Shown piece by piece: positions 1 to 10,000 of a stretch of DNA of 64,000 nt. Source of the DNA: a virus (lineage: Duplodnaviria; Caudoviricetes). Each line of letters begins with the position of its first letter. Position 1 is the stretch's first letter. The notes under the pieces were generated by a model, which was not told where the DNA came from, ran no database searches, and saw only the letters and a program-made list of their open reading frames with translations. The position numbers and the translations under genes are program-made. The DNA is taken from IMG/VR virus record IMGVR_UViG_3300028886_000045; one strand, 5' to 3'.

Positions 1-3000
1 TCTATCCTAAATGCAGAGGTCTTATCGAATACATTGATACCTTTCGTTTCGTCATTGAACAACTCACTCAACGTAGTCATTTGTTCCCTTGACAGCGTTT
101 CCGTTAGGTTGATAACACCCGTATAGTTACGCATTGCCTTTGGTATCACCGCCAAACGTAGCACTTCTTCGTATGTGGCATCATCCCAATTAATATTGTA
201 GAAATCCAACTTGCACGAACTGATAGAGCCGTTAGAATCGTGGTATCTAAGCCACTCCCTAATCATTGCGCGTATGGTGTTATCTTCACCCATATTATGC
301 AATTCTATCGTGTCCGCATCGCGTGGAAATGTAAACTCCTCCAACGTAGAATAATCGTAGAACTTCAAACTATCGAAAACAATGTCATCCCAATAGATAG
401 TGCTTAACTGACACGGAAATTCTGCCACCCTAAGATGCACAGAAGAAGGCATATTGAATTGTGAAAATGCTGAACCTTTCAAATACAATTCTTTTATGTT
501 TGTTGCATTTGGTATTCCGTATGAAGAAATACCCGAAGCATCAACACCTTGCATTTTCAGAACCTCCAACATCACCAAGTCACCCAATCCGCTTATAGAA
601 GCACCTATCTGCGTATTACGCACGCCATTTTCTAATTCCGCGTCCGATACACCGATATTCAACTCCTTTAGCATACTACCCACCGTACTATCGTAACAGC
701 CTTGCAAACTTGCATCTTGCAGATTTTGGAACTGAGCACTCATATCCAAGTATTCAAGCGATTGCGGATTATAGATAAAGATTGCAGAAGAACCCGACAT
801 ATCATGCAAAGGTATGTTTATCGTCTGTGAAGGTTGCACATCAATAGAATATTTGCCGTTGGATTGTATCTTCGGACTATCACCTATGGCATAACCAAAG
901 TATGTTGGCTCACCATAACGCAAAACCATATTAAAGACAACATTAGCAGGCGTACCACCCCAACGCCAAGAGATAGAACCCTCAACGAAAGAACCACTTG
1001 CAAGCCTTGAATCCCAATACTTGTATTGTTTTGTTATCCACCATTCGCGGAACGTATCACCATTTCCAAGGTTATACAACAGATACTTAGCGTTACTTGC
1101 TTTGTTCTTTAGGTACATTTGCTTATACTTGTAGTCTTCGCTTTCGTTATACAAGGCTGCCGACCAAGTATTTGTGTACTCCTTTTGCAAAGCAAATATT
1201 GCAGACTTCGTAAATCCCGCAGAATACAAAGCGGTCATTACAGAACGGCACAATTCCAAGAATCCGTTAGTTTCTTCCAATGCTTGCCAAAGGTAACTTC
1301 TATCACCACGGAAAGCATAGTTTCCACTTTTTTGTGTCGTTCTGTCAATAGGTGGCTCGTCAAACAGCAACTGTCCCGAATTGATAGTACCGTACTGAAT
1401 ATCAATATCCCACCATAAAGGCAAATAGTGCACGCCATCAAACGTAGTAAGTTGTAGGTTACGCACCAACGAGTCAAATGCTCCGTTTTTCATTGCGAAA
1501 ACGTAGTAAGCCGCCCAATGGTTTAACAACATATGCAAAGGTGCTTCCGTCCAAAACTTTCCGTGATTGTGCGTAATAAGATAATCCTTGTAACAAGAAT
1601 TAACCCAATCAAAGAACTCCTTTATCTTTGTCGCTTGCGCCCTATATTCTTCATCGTTCAAATCGTCACGGTCGGGATAAATGATTTCTATGGAATTTTC
1701 AAACTCCCACTTTTTGTCCGTTGTAAGGGTCTGTTCACCACCCTCACCGCTTGATATAACCTCGTTTGGGTCTGCATCTTCGTCTGCGTGTTCCTTTGGC
1801 GTTGACCACCAATCTTCAATATTCGTAAACGCGCTTATCTCTGAGTCGTTAAGGGTAAATTCCCACCTTGCAACATCCTTGTTATCCCAAAGCACATCTT
1901 TTTTGTCTTTCTTCGTGTTGAACGTGTAAGGGTCTCCGATATAGTTGTATATACTTCTTTGCCCATACAGAAAATCGCTTTTCTTATCGTCCATAAGCAC
2001 AAAGATTCCGTCATAGTGCCACGGCTTACTTGCATCATCCCTACTAACGATAACGCAAGGTATGCTATCGGGGGTCATACGGATTTCATAAGGGAATTTG
2101 TATGCTGAATCTTGATATGCGTTACCATACTTTTCCCTCATCTTCGTAGGGTACACGTCCCTTGCAAATTCAATAGGCGGTGTTACTATGTTCGCACGTT
2201 TCATTGTATCGTCTATAAGTCGTAGCAAAGCAGGTGACTTACAATTTGACGAGTCAATGTAGTAACATTGCATAACGAACTTATTCATAGGCATAGCACC
2301 ATCCTTCATGCTCCAACGTGGCTTTGCGACCGCCTCTTCACTACCATTCGGATAGAACTTAGTGCCATACGTTCCCTTTGAATTATCGTCAATCCATATC
2401 TTCAATGACTTCAAAGGGTTACGCAAAGTCGTTTGACCATGTGAGCGAATACGCATATTCTCACATCGCCAATTTGAAGACGGATTTTTTGGGTTTTTCC
2501 AATCAACATCCGCTAATATCTGCACCTTGGTACGCATATCCACAGAATCCCAAATAGACTGCAATACGTTGTTACCACCCTTACCCGTAACATACATTAC
2601 TGCAATCCTATCCTTGATTAAATCAACATCAACCTCGCCATTCGTGTATATGTTGTTTTCTTCAATCAACTTGGTCATTTCCTCGACATTCGGTGTGTCT
2701 ATCGTCAAGTTCCTAAGTTCTTGCTGAGTACTTATGTTGTTGTCGTACACCCTTATGCTGTAAATCTTAATACTGCCATCCGTAGTGCCACCGATAACGA
2801 TTTGGCTATTATTGGCGAAATCTGACGAACCGTAGGACTGAACGCGAGAAGAAATACCATTATTGATAATTTCCATTAATCCCGTGCTCGAATCGTGCAC
2901 GATAAACGCAAACTTTACCCTTGTATTGGTTGTAAACCTATCCAATATTTGCGCACCGCCATTACTTCGCAGACTTGCAGATGTACCCGTAACCTTTACG

Positions 3001-4526
3001 ATTTCCCTATTATTCGCCACATTACCGATATAGAACAAAGGCGTGTTTTCGTTTCTAAGGTTAAAGGTTTCAAACTCCACCTCCACCGTTCTGCCCTTGT
3101 TCCTTAAATCCTCTGCCGTAGCACCCGCGAATGGACTTATATTGATAGTAGCCGTAGCACCGCCCGAAATCACCAAGGCATTATCCACCCAACCGCATCC
3201 ACTTGTAAACGGCACATTGTTAAACGTGGTACTGTAACCCTTGTATTTCCACTTATCTATCGTTTCCGAAGGCTCGCTGTTACTTCTGCCAATCGCAGAC
3301 AATTTCAGCATAAGCGCACTTGTGGTTTCAATCAATCCCCTACTATTCTCGCTAACGTGCGTTGTGTAAGCACCCAACACCTCGTTTTCAATCGTAGCCC
3401 TAAGTGTGAAATCGCCCTTTTCCGTAGGCATGAAATCCAACGTGTATAACTTACCATCTACCGATGTCGTACCCTCGTCAATGCGCGTTGAAAGCGTGGT
3501 AGAATCGCCACCGCTTAATGGTATCAACTGCCACATGATAGTCGGTTTCTTACCTAAGATATATGGCTTGTACGCCCATTCAATAGACTCCATGACATAC
3601 CTTTCACAATGAATTGTAATGTCCGCGTTACCTTGTAGGAAAGAGGTGGTGTCAAGTTTCCTTGAAATAACCACATAATCCCTATCTGCACCCGTAACCA
3701 CAAATTCATGGTATATCACACGGCTGTAATATGTCACTCCGTCTATTTCCGTCCTTACCCTAAGTTGTAGCGTGTGCTTTCCTACCGATGTAGGCAATAC
3801 AACCGAAATATAGCAAGTCTTATCGCCACTAAGGATTTCAGTAGAACAACCGCTCGGACTCGTCTGTTTGTCTATGTTCCACTCAACATATTTCGTAGCC
3901 TTACAATTTACTTCTACATTAAAGTTTACCTCTTCACCGCTACTATAAATTTTCTGTATTGGGAAATGTGAAACCAAGTCTATTTCCGTGACATTGAAAA
4001 CAATCGTTGCTGTTGAGGATTTGCCCGACTGCATACCCAATACCGTCAAGGTCATTTCGTTGCGACCATCAATGAGATAGTCATCCACGTTAAACTCCTT
4101 TTCTTCGTCAATACTGAATGTCTTTTGTATGGTCTGCTCACCATTACTATTTTTGATAAGCACATTAACGATACCTACCTCCTCGGTTCGCGACCCACCG
4201 CCTTGCGTAAGGTAGTACTCGAACAAAATGCTGTTACCCCTTGTTCCCAATACTACATTATGGCTATAACCATTTCGGATATTCAGTACCATGTACTGCT
4301 CCACGCCATTCTTCCACCTATATTTGTATAGGCGCATAGCCATATCGCGGTTCGTGTCGTAGAACTGCTCGAATGAAGCCAATGTTTCCGCTTTGTCGAA
4401 AACGTATGTATAATCATCCTTTTGACTAATAAAAGGCGTGAAATCCCTCATTTTCGCTTGAAGAAAAGCCATCATAGACTCAAATTCTTCTGTGCCATAT
4501 TCAAGGTCTAATATATTTTCTGCCAT
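1..4526 (-). CDS. Giant putative tail-associated protein (>1500 aa, 3' end outside window) with LamG-like region, CotH-kinase-like domain and LRR-like C-terminal part
   Basis: Missing from the ORF track because there is no stop in the window. ATG at 4526 (MAENILDLEYGTEEF). The same frame was spot-checked open at ~2460 (RIRSHGQTTLRNPLKSLKIW), ~2280 (FVMQCYYIDSS), ~1520 (HWAAYYVFAMKNGAFDSLVRNLQLTTFDGVHYLPLWWDIDIQYG) and at the window edge. Confidence 0.8.
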   Translation of the reverse strand, partial: MAENILDLEYGTEEFESMMAFLQAKMRDFTPFISQKDDYTYVFDKAETLASFEQFYDTNRDMAMRLYKYRWKNGVEQYMVLNIRNGYSHNVVLGTRGNSILFEYYLTQGGGSRTEEVGIVNVLIKNSNGEQTIQKTFSIDEEKEFNVDDYLIDGRNEMTLTVLGMQSGKSSTATIVFNVTEIDLVSHFPIQKIYSSGEEVNFNVEVNCKATKYVEWNIDKQTSPSGCSTEILSGDKTCYISVVLPTSVGKHTLQLRVRTEIDGVTYYSRVIYHEFVVTGADRDYVVISRKLDTTSFLQGNADITIHCERYVMESIEWAYKPYILGKKPTIMWQLIPLSGGDSTTLSTRIDEGTTSVDGKLYTLDFMPTEKGDFTLRATIENEVLGAYTTHVSENSRGLIETTSALMLKLSAIGRSNSEPSETIDKWKYKGYSTTFNNVPFTSGCGWVDNALVISGGATATINISPFAGATAEDLRNKGRTVEVEFETFNLRNENTPLFYIGNVANNREIVKVTGTSASLRSNGGAQILDRFTTNTRVKFAFIVHDSSTGLMEIINNGISSRVQSYGSSDFANNSQIVIGGTTDGSIKIYSIRVYDNNISTQQELRNLTIDTPNVEEMTKLIEENNIYTNGEVDVDLIKDRIAVMYVTGKGGNNVLQSIWDSVDMRTKVQILADVDWKNPKNPSSNWRCENMRIRSHGQTTLRNPLKSLKIWIDDNSKGTYGTKFYPNGSEEAVAKPRWSMKDGAMPMNKFVMQCYYIDSSNCKSPALLRLIDDTMKRANIVTPPIEFARDVYPTKMREKYGNAYQDSAYKFPYEIRMTPDSIPCVIVSRDDASKPWHYDGIFVLMDDKKSDFLYGQRSIYNYIGDPYTFNTKKDKKDVLWDNKDVARWEFTLNDSEISAFTNIEDWWSTPKEHADEDADPNEVISSGEGGEQTLTTDKKWEFENSIEIIYPDRDDLNDEEYRAQATKIKEFFDWVNSCYKDYLITHNHGKFWTEAPLHMLLNHWAAYYVFAMKNGAFDSLVRNLQLTTFDGVHYLPLWWDIDIQYGTINSGQLLFDEPPIDRTTQKSGNYAFRGDRSYLWQALEETNGFLELCRSVMTALYSAGFTKSAIFALQKEYTNTWSAALYNESEDYKYKQMYLKNKASNAKYLLYNLGNGDTFREWWITKQYKYWDSRLASGSFVEGSISWRWGGTPANVVFNMVLRYGEPTYFGYAIGDSPKIQSNGKYSIDVQPSQTINIPLHDMSGSSAIFIYNPQSLEYLDMSAQFQNLQDASLQGCYDSTVGSMLKELNIGVSDAELENGVRNTQIGASISGLGDLVMLEVLKMQGVDASGISSYGIPNATNIKELYLKGSAFSQFNMPSSVHLRVAEFPCQLSTIYWDDIVFDSLKFYDYSTLEEFTFPRDADTIELHNMGEDNTIRAMIREWLRYHDSNGSISSCKLDFYNINWDDATYEEVLRLAVIPKAMRNYTGVINLTETLSREQMTTLSELFNDETKGINVFDKTSAFRI

Positions 4527-4538
4527 ATATCTTTGTCT

Positions 4539-4763
4539 TTATCTTTGGTCTTTTAACCTTATCAGTTTTCCACTTACGGCTACAAACTTGCTCCTTTCCA
4601 ACCTTACCCATCCCATGTCAGTCGTAGAAGCCAACGACCAAATAAGGTGTGTGGAATTGCTTGCAATCAGATAGACAGCGTTCACTTGTCTTGCTACTTC
4701 TGAATTGATGTATTTCACATCTACCGTATTTCGGGGAACACTTACTATCTTAAAACGTGCCAT
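4539..4763 (-). CDS. Hypothetical protein in tail-fibre module
   Basis: 74-aa ORF tightly packed between two large genes. Confidence 0.6.
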   Translation of the reverse strand: MARFKIVSVPRNTVDVKYINSEVARQVNAVYLIASNSTHLIWSLASTTDMGWVRLERSKFVAVSGKLIRLKDQR

Positions 4764-4766
4764 ACG

Positions 4767-6515
4767 CTAACTCAGTGGATAAACAACTGCTTCATTATAC
4801 TTAACTATATCAATAGGCTCGTATGTCTTTCCGCTATCCCCCTTTGTGATACCGAAAGAGATTGTCTTGTAGAAAACGCGCTTTGAATTGTCGAGATACG
4901 TTGTGCCATTTGACCTAATGTTATCCGCAACAAGTACACCCTTTATCTGTGCGTCCAAACAATGTATGTCACCCTTTACAAACTTGCTGTTATATATCGC
5001 GCAAATATCGGCTATGTTTGAACCCTCTGCGACCACCGCGCCATTAAGGAACAATTCAGCACCCGCGCCACCATCGCCTTGTGCGCCACCCAAATACTTT
5101 ATGTAGTCTGCATTGCAACCGATATATATGTCTTTGCCATAGATGCCGTACTTTCCGCAATTCTTGACCAATAGCACGCCCTTTGAATCGTTCAAAGTAA
5201 CCTCATCGCCTACCACGCCACTACCCTTTGATGTAATACACAGATACGCGCCATTCTTGAACTCAATGCTAATGTTACTTGCTGAATTTATCGCGTCTGC
5301 CTCCGTGTCTGACACAATGTAGTTATCCGTGTCCTTTTCGGCTGTTACTTGCAGTTTCTTCTTTGTAGGTGTGTATTGGATTGAACCTTTGATGTAAGCA
5401 CCATTCAAAGAAATATCCGTGCTTTGTATCGTAGCCTTGATAACACCCTCTACATATCCCACGACCTTTGCAAACTTCGTAGTCAAAGTGTATATGCCGT
5501 TTGTTGGCGTAATGTTCGCCTCGCCCGTTTCCATTCCTTCATCATCATAGCACAACACCGCCCCACTTGGTTGTGTCGAATACCCTCCGTTGGAATTGTC
5601 TTGAACCGCGCCACCGAACTTAACCTTTGGGTCTATCCTTACCATGTTAGCGGAAACATTCGTTGCATCCGTGCGTACTGAATAATTATCGCCAAAGAAA
5701 TAACCCTCGGTCTTTGAATCAAACACGTTTTGGTGTATGTTGTGCGCCTCGAACTGCCCACCGAACACCTTGATTTTACCGCTCGTTCCCGTACCTACCG
5801 CGTCATTCGCCTTTGCAAAGTAGAAACTACCGCCATCAATGTATGCCGTATTGCCACCGTGTATGCCATCGTGGGAGGTTTCTGAATATATGTGTGGTCT
5901 GCCACTTATGCGTATGTCCGCGCCCCTTAATCCGTGACCGCCATTATTCTTGACTACCAAGTAACCACAGCCTTGCACTACCATGTTTTGCGCTGAACGT
6001 ATGCACGCGCCTTGATTGTCGGCTATGGCTTGTGTATAGGTACAAACCACGGTGTTTACTTTGTTCTTTGCCAAAGTAACGTACATTGTCTGACTTTCTG
6101 ACGCATAGAAAATGCCATTTGCCAAAGCACCGCTTTCTACAATAGTAACACCATCAAGTATAACGTGCGTGTCATCCGTGATAACTACCTTTCCAACCTT
6201 TTCCTCAGTTGTCATTTTGTTATACACTTTTTGCGAAACCTCGTTTTCGTTACCAATTACGACCTTTCCGTTTAACACGCCACTAAATACATACGTTGCT
6301 TGTGAATTAAGCGAAATTACGCCATTTACAGGGACTGCCTTCGTGCCGTTTACATAGAAATCGCCACTTGTAGCAATATTTCCGTTTGCGCTTGAAACAA
6401 GTGCGTTTATCTTCGCTTGTATCGTTGAAAACAAACCATTCCATTCCGTAGCCGTAAGGGTGCTCCCATTGGCTTTCCCCAACCAAGCCGATAAATCAAT
6501 ATTTGAAATTGCCAT
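4767..6515 (-). CDS. Putative receptor-binding/fibre protein with two Cthe_2159-like (polysaccharide-lyase-like beta-helix) carbohydrate-binding regions
   Basis: Motifs YVFSGVLNGKVVI, HVILDGVTI, GHGLRG..DGIHG..IDGGSF; a second degenerate copy DISLNGAYI..DAINSASNISI; located in the tail module. Confidence 0.65.
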   Translation of the reverse strand: MAISNIDLSAWLGKANGSTLTATEWNGLFSTIQAKINALVSSANGNIATSGDFYVNGTKAVPVNGVISLNSQATYVFSGVLNGKVVIGNENEVSQKVYNKMTTEEKVGKVVITDDTHVILDGVTIVESGALANGIFYASESQTMYVTLAKNKVNTVVCTYTQAIADNQGACIRSAQNMVVQGCGYLVVKNNGGHGLRGADIRISGRPHIYSETSHDGIHGGNTAYIDGGSFYFAKANDAVGTGTSGKIKVFGGQFEAHNIHQNVFDSKTEGYFFGDNYSVRTDATNVSANMVRIDPKVKFGGAVQDNSNGGYSTQPSGAVLCYDDEGMETGEANITPTNGIYTLTTKFAKVVGYVEGVIKATIQSTDISLNGAYIKGSIQYTPTKKKLQVTAEKDTDNYIVSDTEADAINSASNISIEFKNGAYLCITSKGSGVVGDEVTLNDSKGVLLVKNCGKYGIYGKDIYIGCNADYIKYLGGAQGDGGAGAELFLNGAVVAEGSNIADICAIYNSKFVKGDIHCLDAQIKGVLVADNIRSNGTTYLDNSKRVFYKTISFGITKGDSGKTYEPIDIVKYNEAVVYPLS

Positions 6516-6533
6516 ATTTCCTAATTCTAATAT

Positions 6534-6803
6534 TTACGAAAAAACAATAGGAAAAACACCACCGAAAGCAAACGCTTCATTGTCATTGGCGTAATTTTCC
6601 GTTACATTCAGTATATACCCTTCATGCGTTCTGCAAAATTCCAAGTATGCGGATGCGTCTGCCAATAGCGCATCCCATTCCCTTTGTTGCATTGTTATGA
6701 CATTACCACCCTCCATAAGCCGATTAACGGCTTCATTCGTGGAGTTCCACATACTCGCCAATATAGGGTCTCCGTTTCTGTAATCTGTCTTTAACTTCTC
6801 CAT
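6534..6803 (-). CDS. Hypothetical protein, first gene of fibre operon
   Basis: 89-aa ORF directly downstream of the class II promoter at 6838-6908. Confidence 0.7.
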   Translation of the reverse strand: MEKLKTDYRNGDPILASMWNSTNEAVNRLMEGGNVITMQQREWDALLADASAYLEFCRTHEGYILNVTENYANDNEAFAFGGVFPIVFS

Positions 6804-6837
6804 TTGCCCCTAATTTTCATTAACTGCGAAACACTTG

Positions 6838-6908
6838 CAAAGATACTAAAATATACTTTAACTAATCGTTATGAACACATTAATATCTTCACTTGCACAC
6901 ATAATGAA
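6838..6908 (-). promoter_or_regulatory. Class II (putative late) promoter: -7 box TATCTTTG plus TTCA-N13-TGAA palindrome
   Basis: caaagata at 6838-6845; TTCA at 6888, TGAA at 6905-6908. Confidence 0.65.
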
Positions 6909-6913
6909 TATAA

Positions 6914-7099
6914 TCAATCCCTCGATTTTACAAACCCTTCTAATTGGCTTTGTATGCTATCCAATTCCGTTTTGATTATATCAATTCGTTTACGCATTTC
7001 TTCGTACTCTTTCAAGCCGTGTAGTTCTTCTTCTAAGTTATGCAATCCGTCCCCCTTTCGAGGGATGGACTGCCTTGTAGGTACTATCTTTTTCATCAT
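6914..7099 (-). CDS. Hypothetical coiled-coil protein
   Basis: 61 aa; overlaps the stop of the upstream tail gene by 4 nt (ATGA coupling). Confidence 0.65.
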   Translation of the reverse strand: MMKKIVPTRQSIPRKGDGLHNLEEELHGLKEYEEMRKRIDIIKTELDSIQSQLEGFVKSRD

Positions 7100-10000
7100 G
7101 TCAAACTATATTTGTAAGATTCTGAAACTGGCATCCAAAATGGTAGGTAATTTCCGTCTGCAAGTTCAATACAAATTTTAATAGAATCCGTTACCAAATT
7201 TCCATTTTCACTATCCATATACACCTTTGCGCTCATTCCCTTGTATGACAATAAGACTTCTTGCCATGTCTCATTTCCCGAGATAGGTGACATTCCTGCA
7301 CTTGAATCATAAAACCTATAAGAATACTCATTTCCCATACTGACTTTTGCCTTATTAGTCATTATTATATCAATAGGCACGAAATCACTCGCATTTTCTA
7401 CGTTCCATACGAGGCATTCTTCTTTATAAGTCGTATTTTTAATCTTTACCTTTTGAATAGAAGACGTAAGAGAAAGTGACTGCCCCGGCGGTAAAAGGAT
7501 AAATCTTGTTAGAATACCCCTACATGAGAAACGCCCATGACAATTATTCCCTTCTGTCAAAGCAGCCCCTCCGCCCCAAGGATGGCTTGGGTCTTTGATG
7601 CCGTTTCGCGACTCACCCAAAACAAGTGTATAAGGGTCTGCGCAAACAAGGGTAGAATGTTTGAAAAGCGTCCCTACTTGTGCTTGTACGCTATTCCAAT
7701 TTTCAAGGTTAAGCGATGCCCAATTAAGAACTTCCATGCAAGGTTCTGTCTGTATCTTAAACGTAGTACCCGAAATTGGATAACCGAAAACCTTGAAATT
7801 AGAATTTTCGTCTCTGAAATCTTCCAACATCGGCAATACCACCATTCTTGATATACCATCTTGCATATCCGCAAGGACGATTGACTTCAAGTTTTTGGCA
7901 TTAACAATCACCGTCTTGTTTTCTTGTGTCCCTTCTATATATTCAGAATCAGATGTTATCGTTCCCCTTATCGTAACATTTACCAAATCCGCGTCTTCAA
8001 TCTTACCACGCTCCGCGAAAAGTACCTTTGTAGCCACAAAGTCGCTAACTTGTGACTTCTGCCAATACGTTCCTTCGGGTGCAACAGCCGAATTTGTCTG
8101 ATAAGCGGTATTGTCGGGGTCTCTGTTACTATTCGAGCGTCTGCACAGATAAAAAGTCGTTACACCATTAACCGTGCGCATAACCATATCTTGATACAAC
8201 TCATTATCAGCACCGCCCATGTAGGTTGTATCTTTATTCCACAAAGATGGGCCGCGCAAAATCGCCCCACGAATACCCCTTTGTCCCAAACCTTTCCTAT
8301 CTGCCTCGCTTAACTGCCAATCCGTAGCCTTTTCGCCAATTTCAAGTTTCGGCATAGCGATATAGTAGTATTCGCCATCTTTTTGGCAAATAAACCTTAC
8401 CCTTGCTTTTATAGTGCTATTTGAAGGCGCATAGAAAGTTAAAGTATAGCGTTTCCACTTGGAACTAAAGTTAAACTTTCCATAAGGCGTTTGTCCATTT
8501 TCTTTCACTAACGCCCCACTTTCAGTTACACAAACAGATACGACATTTTGCAAGCGTTGAACGTAGGTAGATTCTACACCTTGGATTTCGGCTTTGAAAC
8601 AGTCTTTACCGCCACTACCCTTTGCCCAAAAAGATAGTGTGTACCAATTACCGCCATTAAGCGTAACCTCATGGCTCGCCATTGTAATAGAAGCGTTTTC
8701 TATATCGTGATATAAGTACAAAGCCGTATGCCCTTGGAAATACTCCTCCTCTGTGGTTGAATCCGCGTGCTTTGTCCACGAATTGCCGAAAAGTCCACAT
8801 TCTGACAAAAGATTTTGACCTTGTGGTATCTTATCCTCTGCCAATCCGCTAAATGCTGTGCTTATTCCTGCTATATCCTCGGCATATTCAACCTTGAACC
8901 TACTGAACGTAACCAACCCTTGCAAAGCACCGCTCGTTGGCGTGATTCGTATGCCTATGGTGTTGTTTACAATCAATCCCTTTACTGCTACTTCTGTTTC
9001 GGTACTTGCAACTACCCTTACATTGTTTGGGGTAGAGTTGTTGATATTCACCGTCACATCGCTTGTCTTGGGAACTTTCACCATAAAGGAAACCGCATAC
9101 ATCTTACCTTGCATAAGATTTGGCACAACAATATTCATCGAGCACACATTCATACCCGAAGCCGCGTTTGTGTTGTTTGCATAGGCACAAAATCCGTCAC
9201 TCGTATGCACCAACGTACCGAATCCCATACCATTTACAAGTTCGGATTCATAGCCGAAAAGATTTGGTTGCACGCCATCCGCGCCATTGCTACCCTTTAC
9301 TGCTGAAATATGGTAATGCACATCCTTATCGAAATCCCTACCATTCGCGGTTTTGGTTGTATATACCGTGGTTGTTCTATTCCATTGATAAGGATTTCCC
9401 TCGTTAGGCGTTGCGTCTGCTTGCTCGTCCGTCCAATCCGTTTCCACAATATCAGACGGATAATCCCTACCCTCGCCTGCCTCACTATTGGCACTTATCG
9501 CGTATTCTTCTATGATATACTGAATACCCTTTGCATTGTTACCTATACACAAAGGCGAGGTCACATACCTATTACCCGAAGAATCCAACGAAATCTCAAA
9601 ATTCCACAGATAAGGTTTCTTGCTATATTCTTCTGCCGTTGGCTTGATACCCTCTTTCCAAATCGTTTTGTCTATGGTCATCTGTGCGCCATTAGGGTAC
9701 TTAGCAACACCCTTTTCAAACGTGACAGAATTAGGGAAACCGCTTGGTGGTGTCGTAGCATTGTCACCTACTGCATAGTACTCCTCCATGCCCGCGTAAT
9801 ACGAACCCTTTCCGTTCTGTGTGCGTGTATAAGAGCGCACAGGATTTTTGCCCGCGTCATATACTATTGACGTGCGCACATAAAGCCAATAATCCTCTAT
9901 CAACGTAGGGCAATCTTCCAACCACGTTTTTTGTTCCAACTGCTCCGTTGTAAGCGTACCGCTTGCGTCTTGATAGTAATCTACTTGCACATTGTAGATA

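Noticed and set aside
1-4526. Apparent gene desert or stop-codon recoding
   Set aside because: It is one minus-strand ORF running off the window. Long genes are intact in code 11, TAG is used as a stop, and no suppressor tRNA is present.
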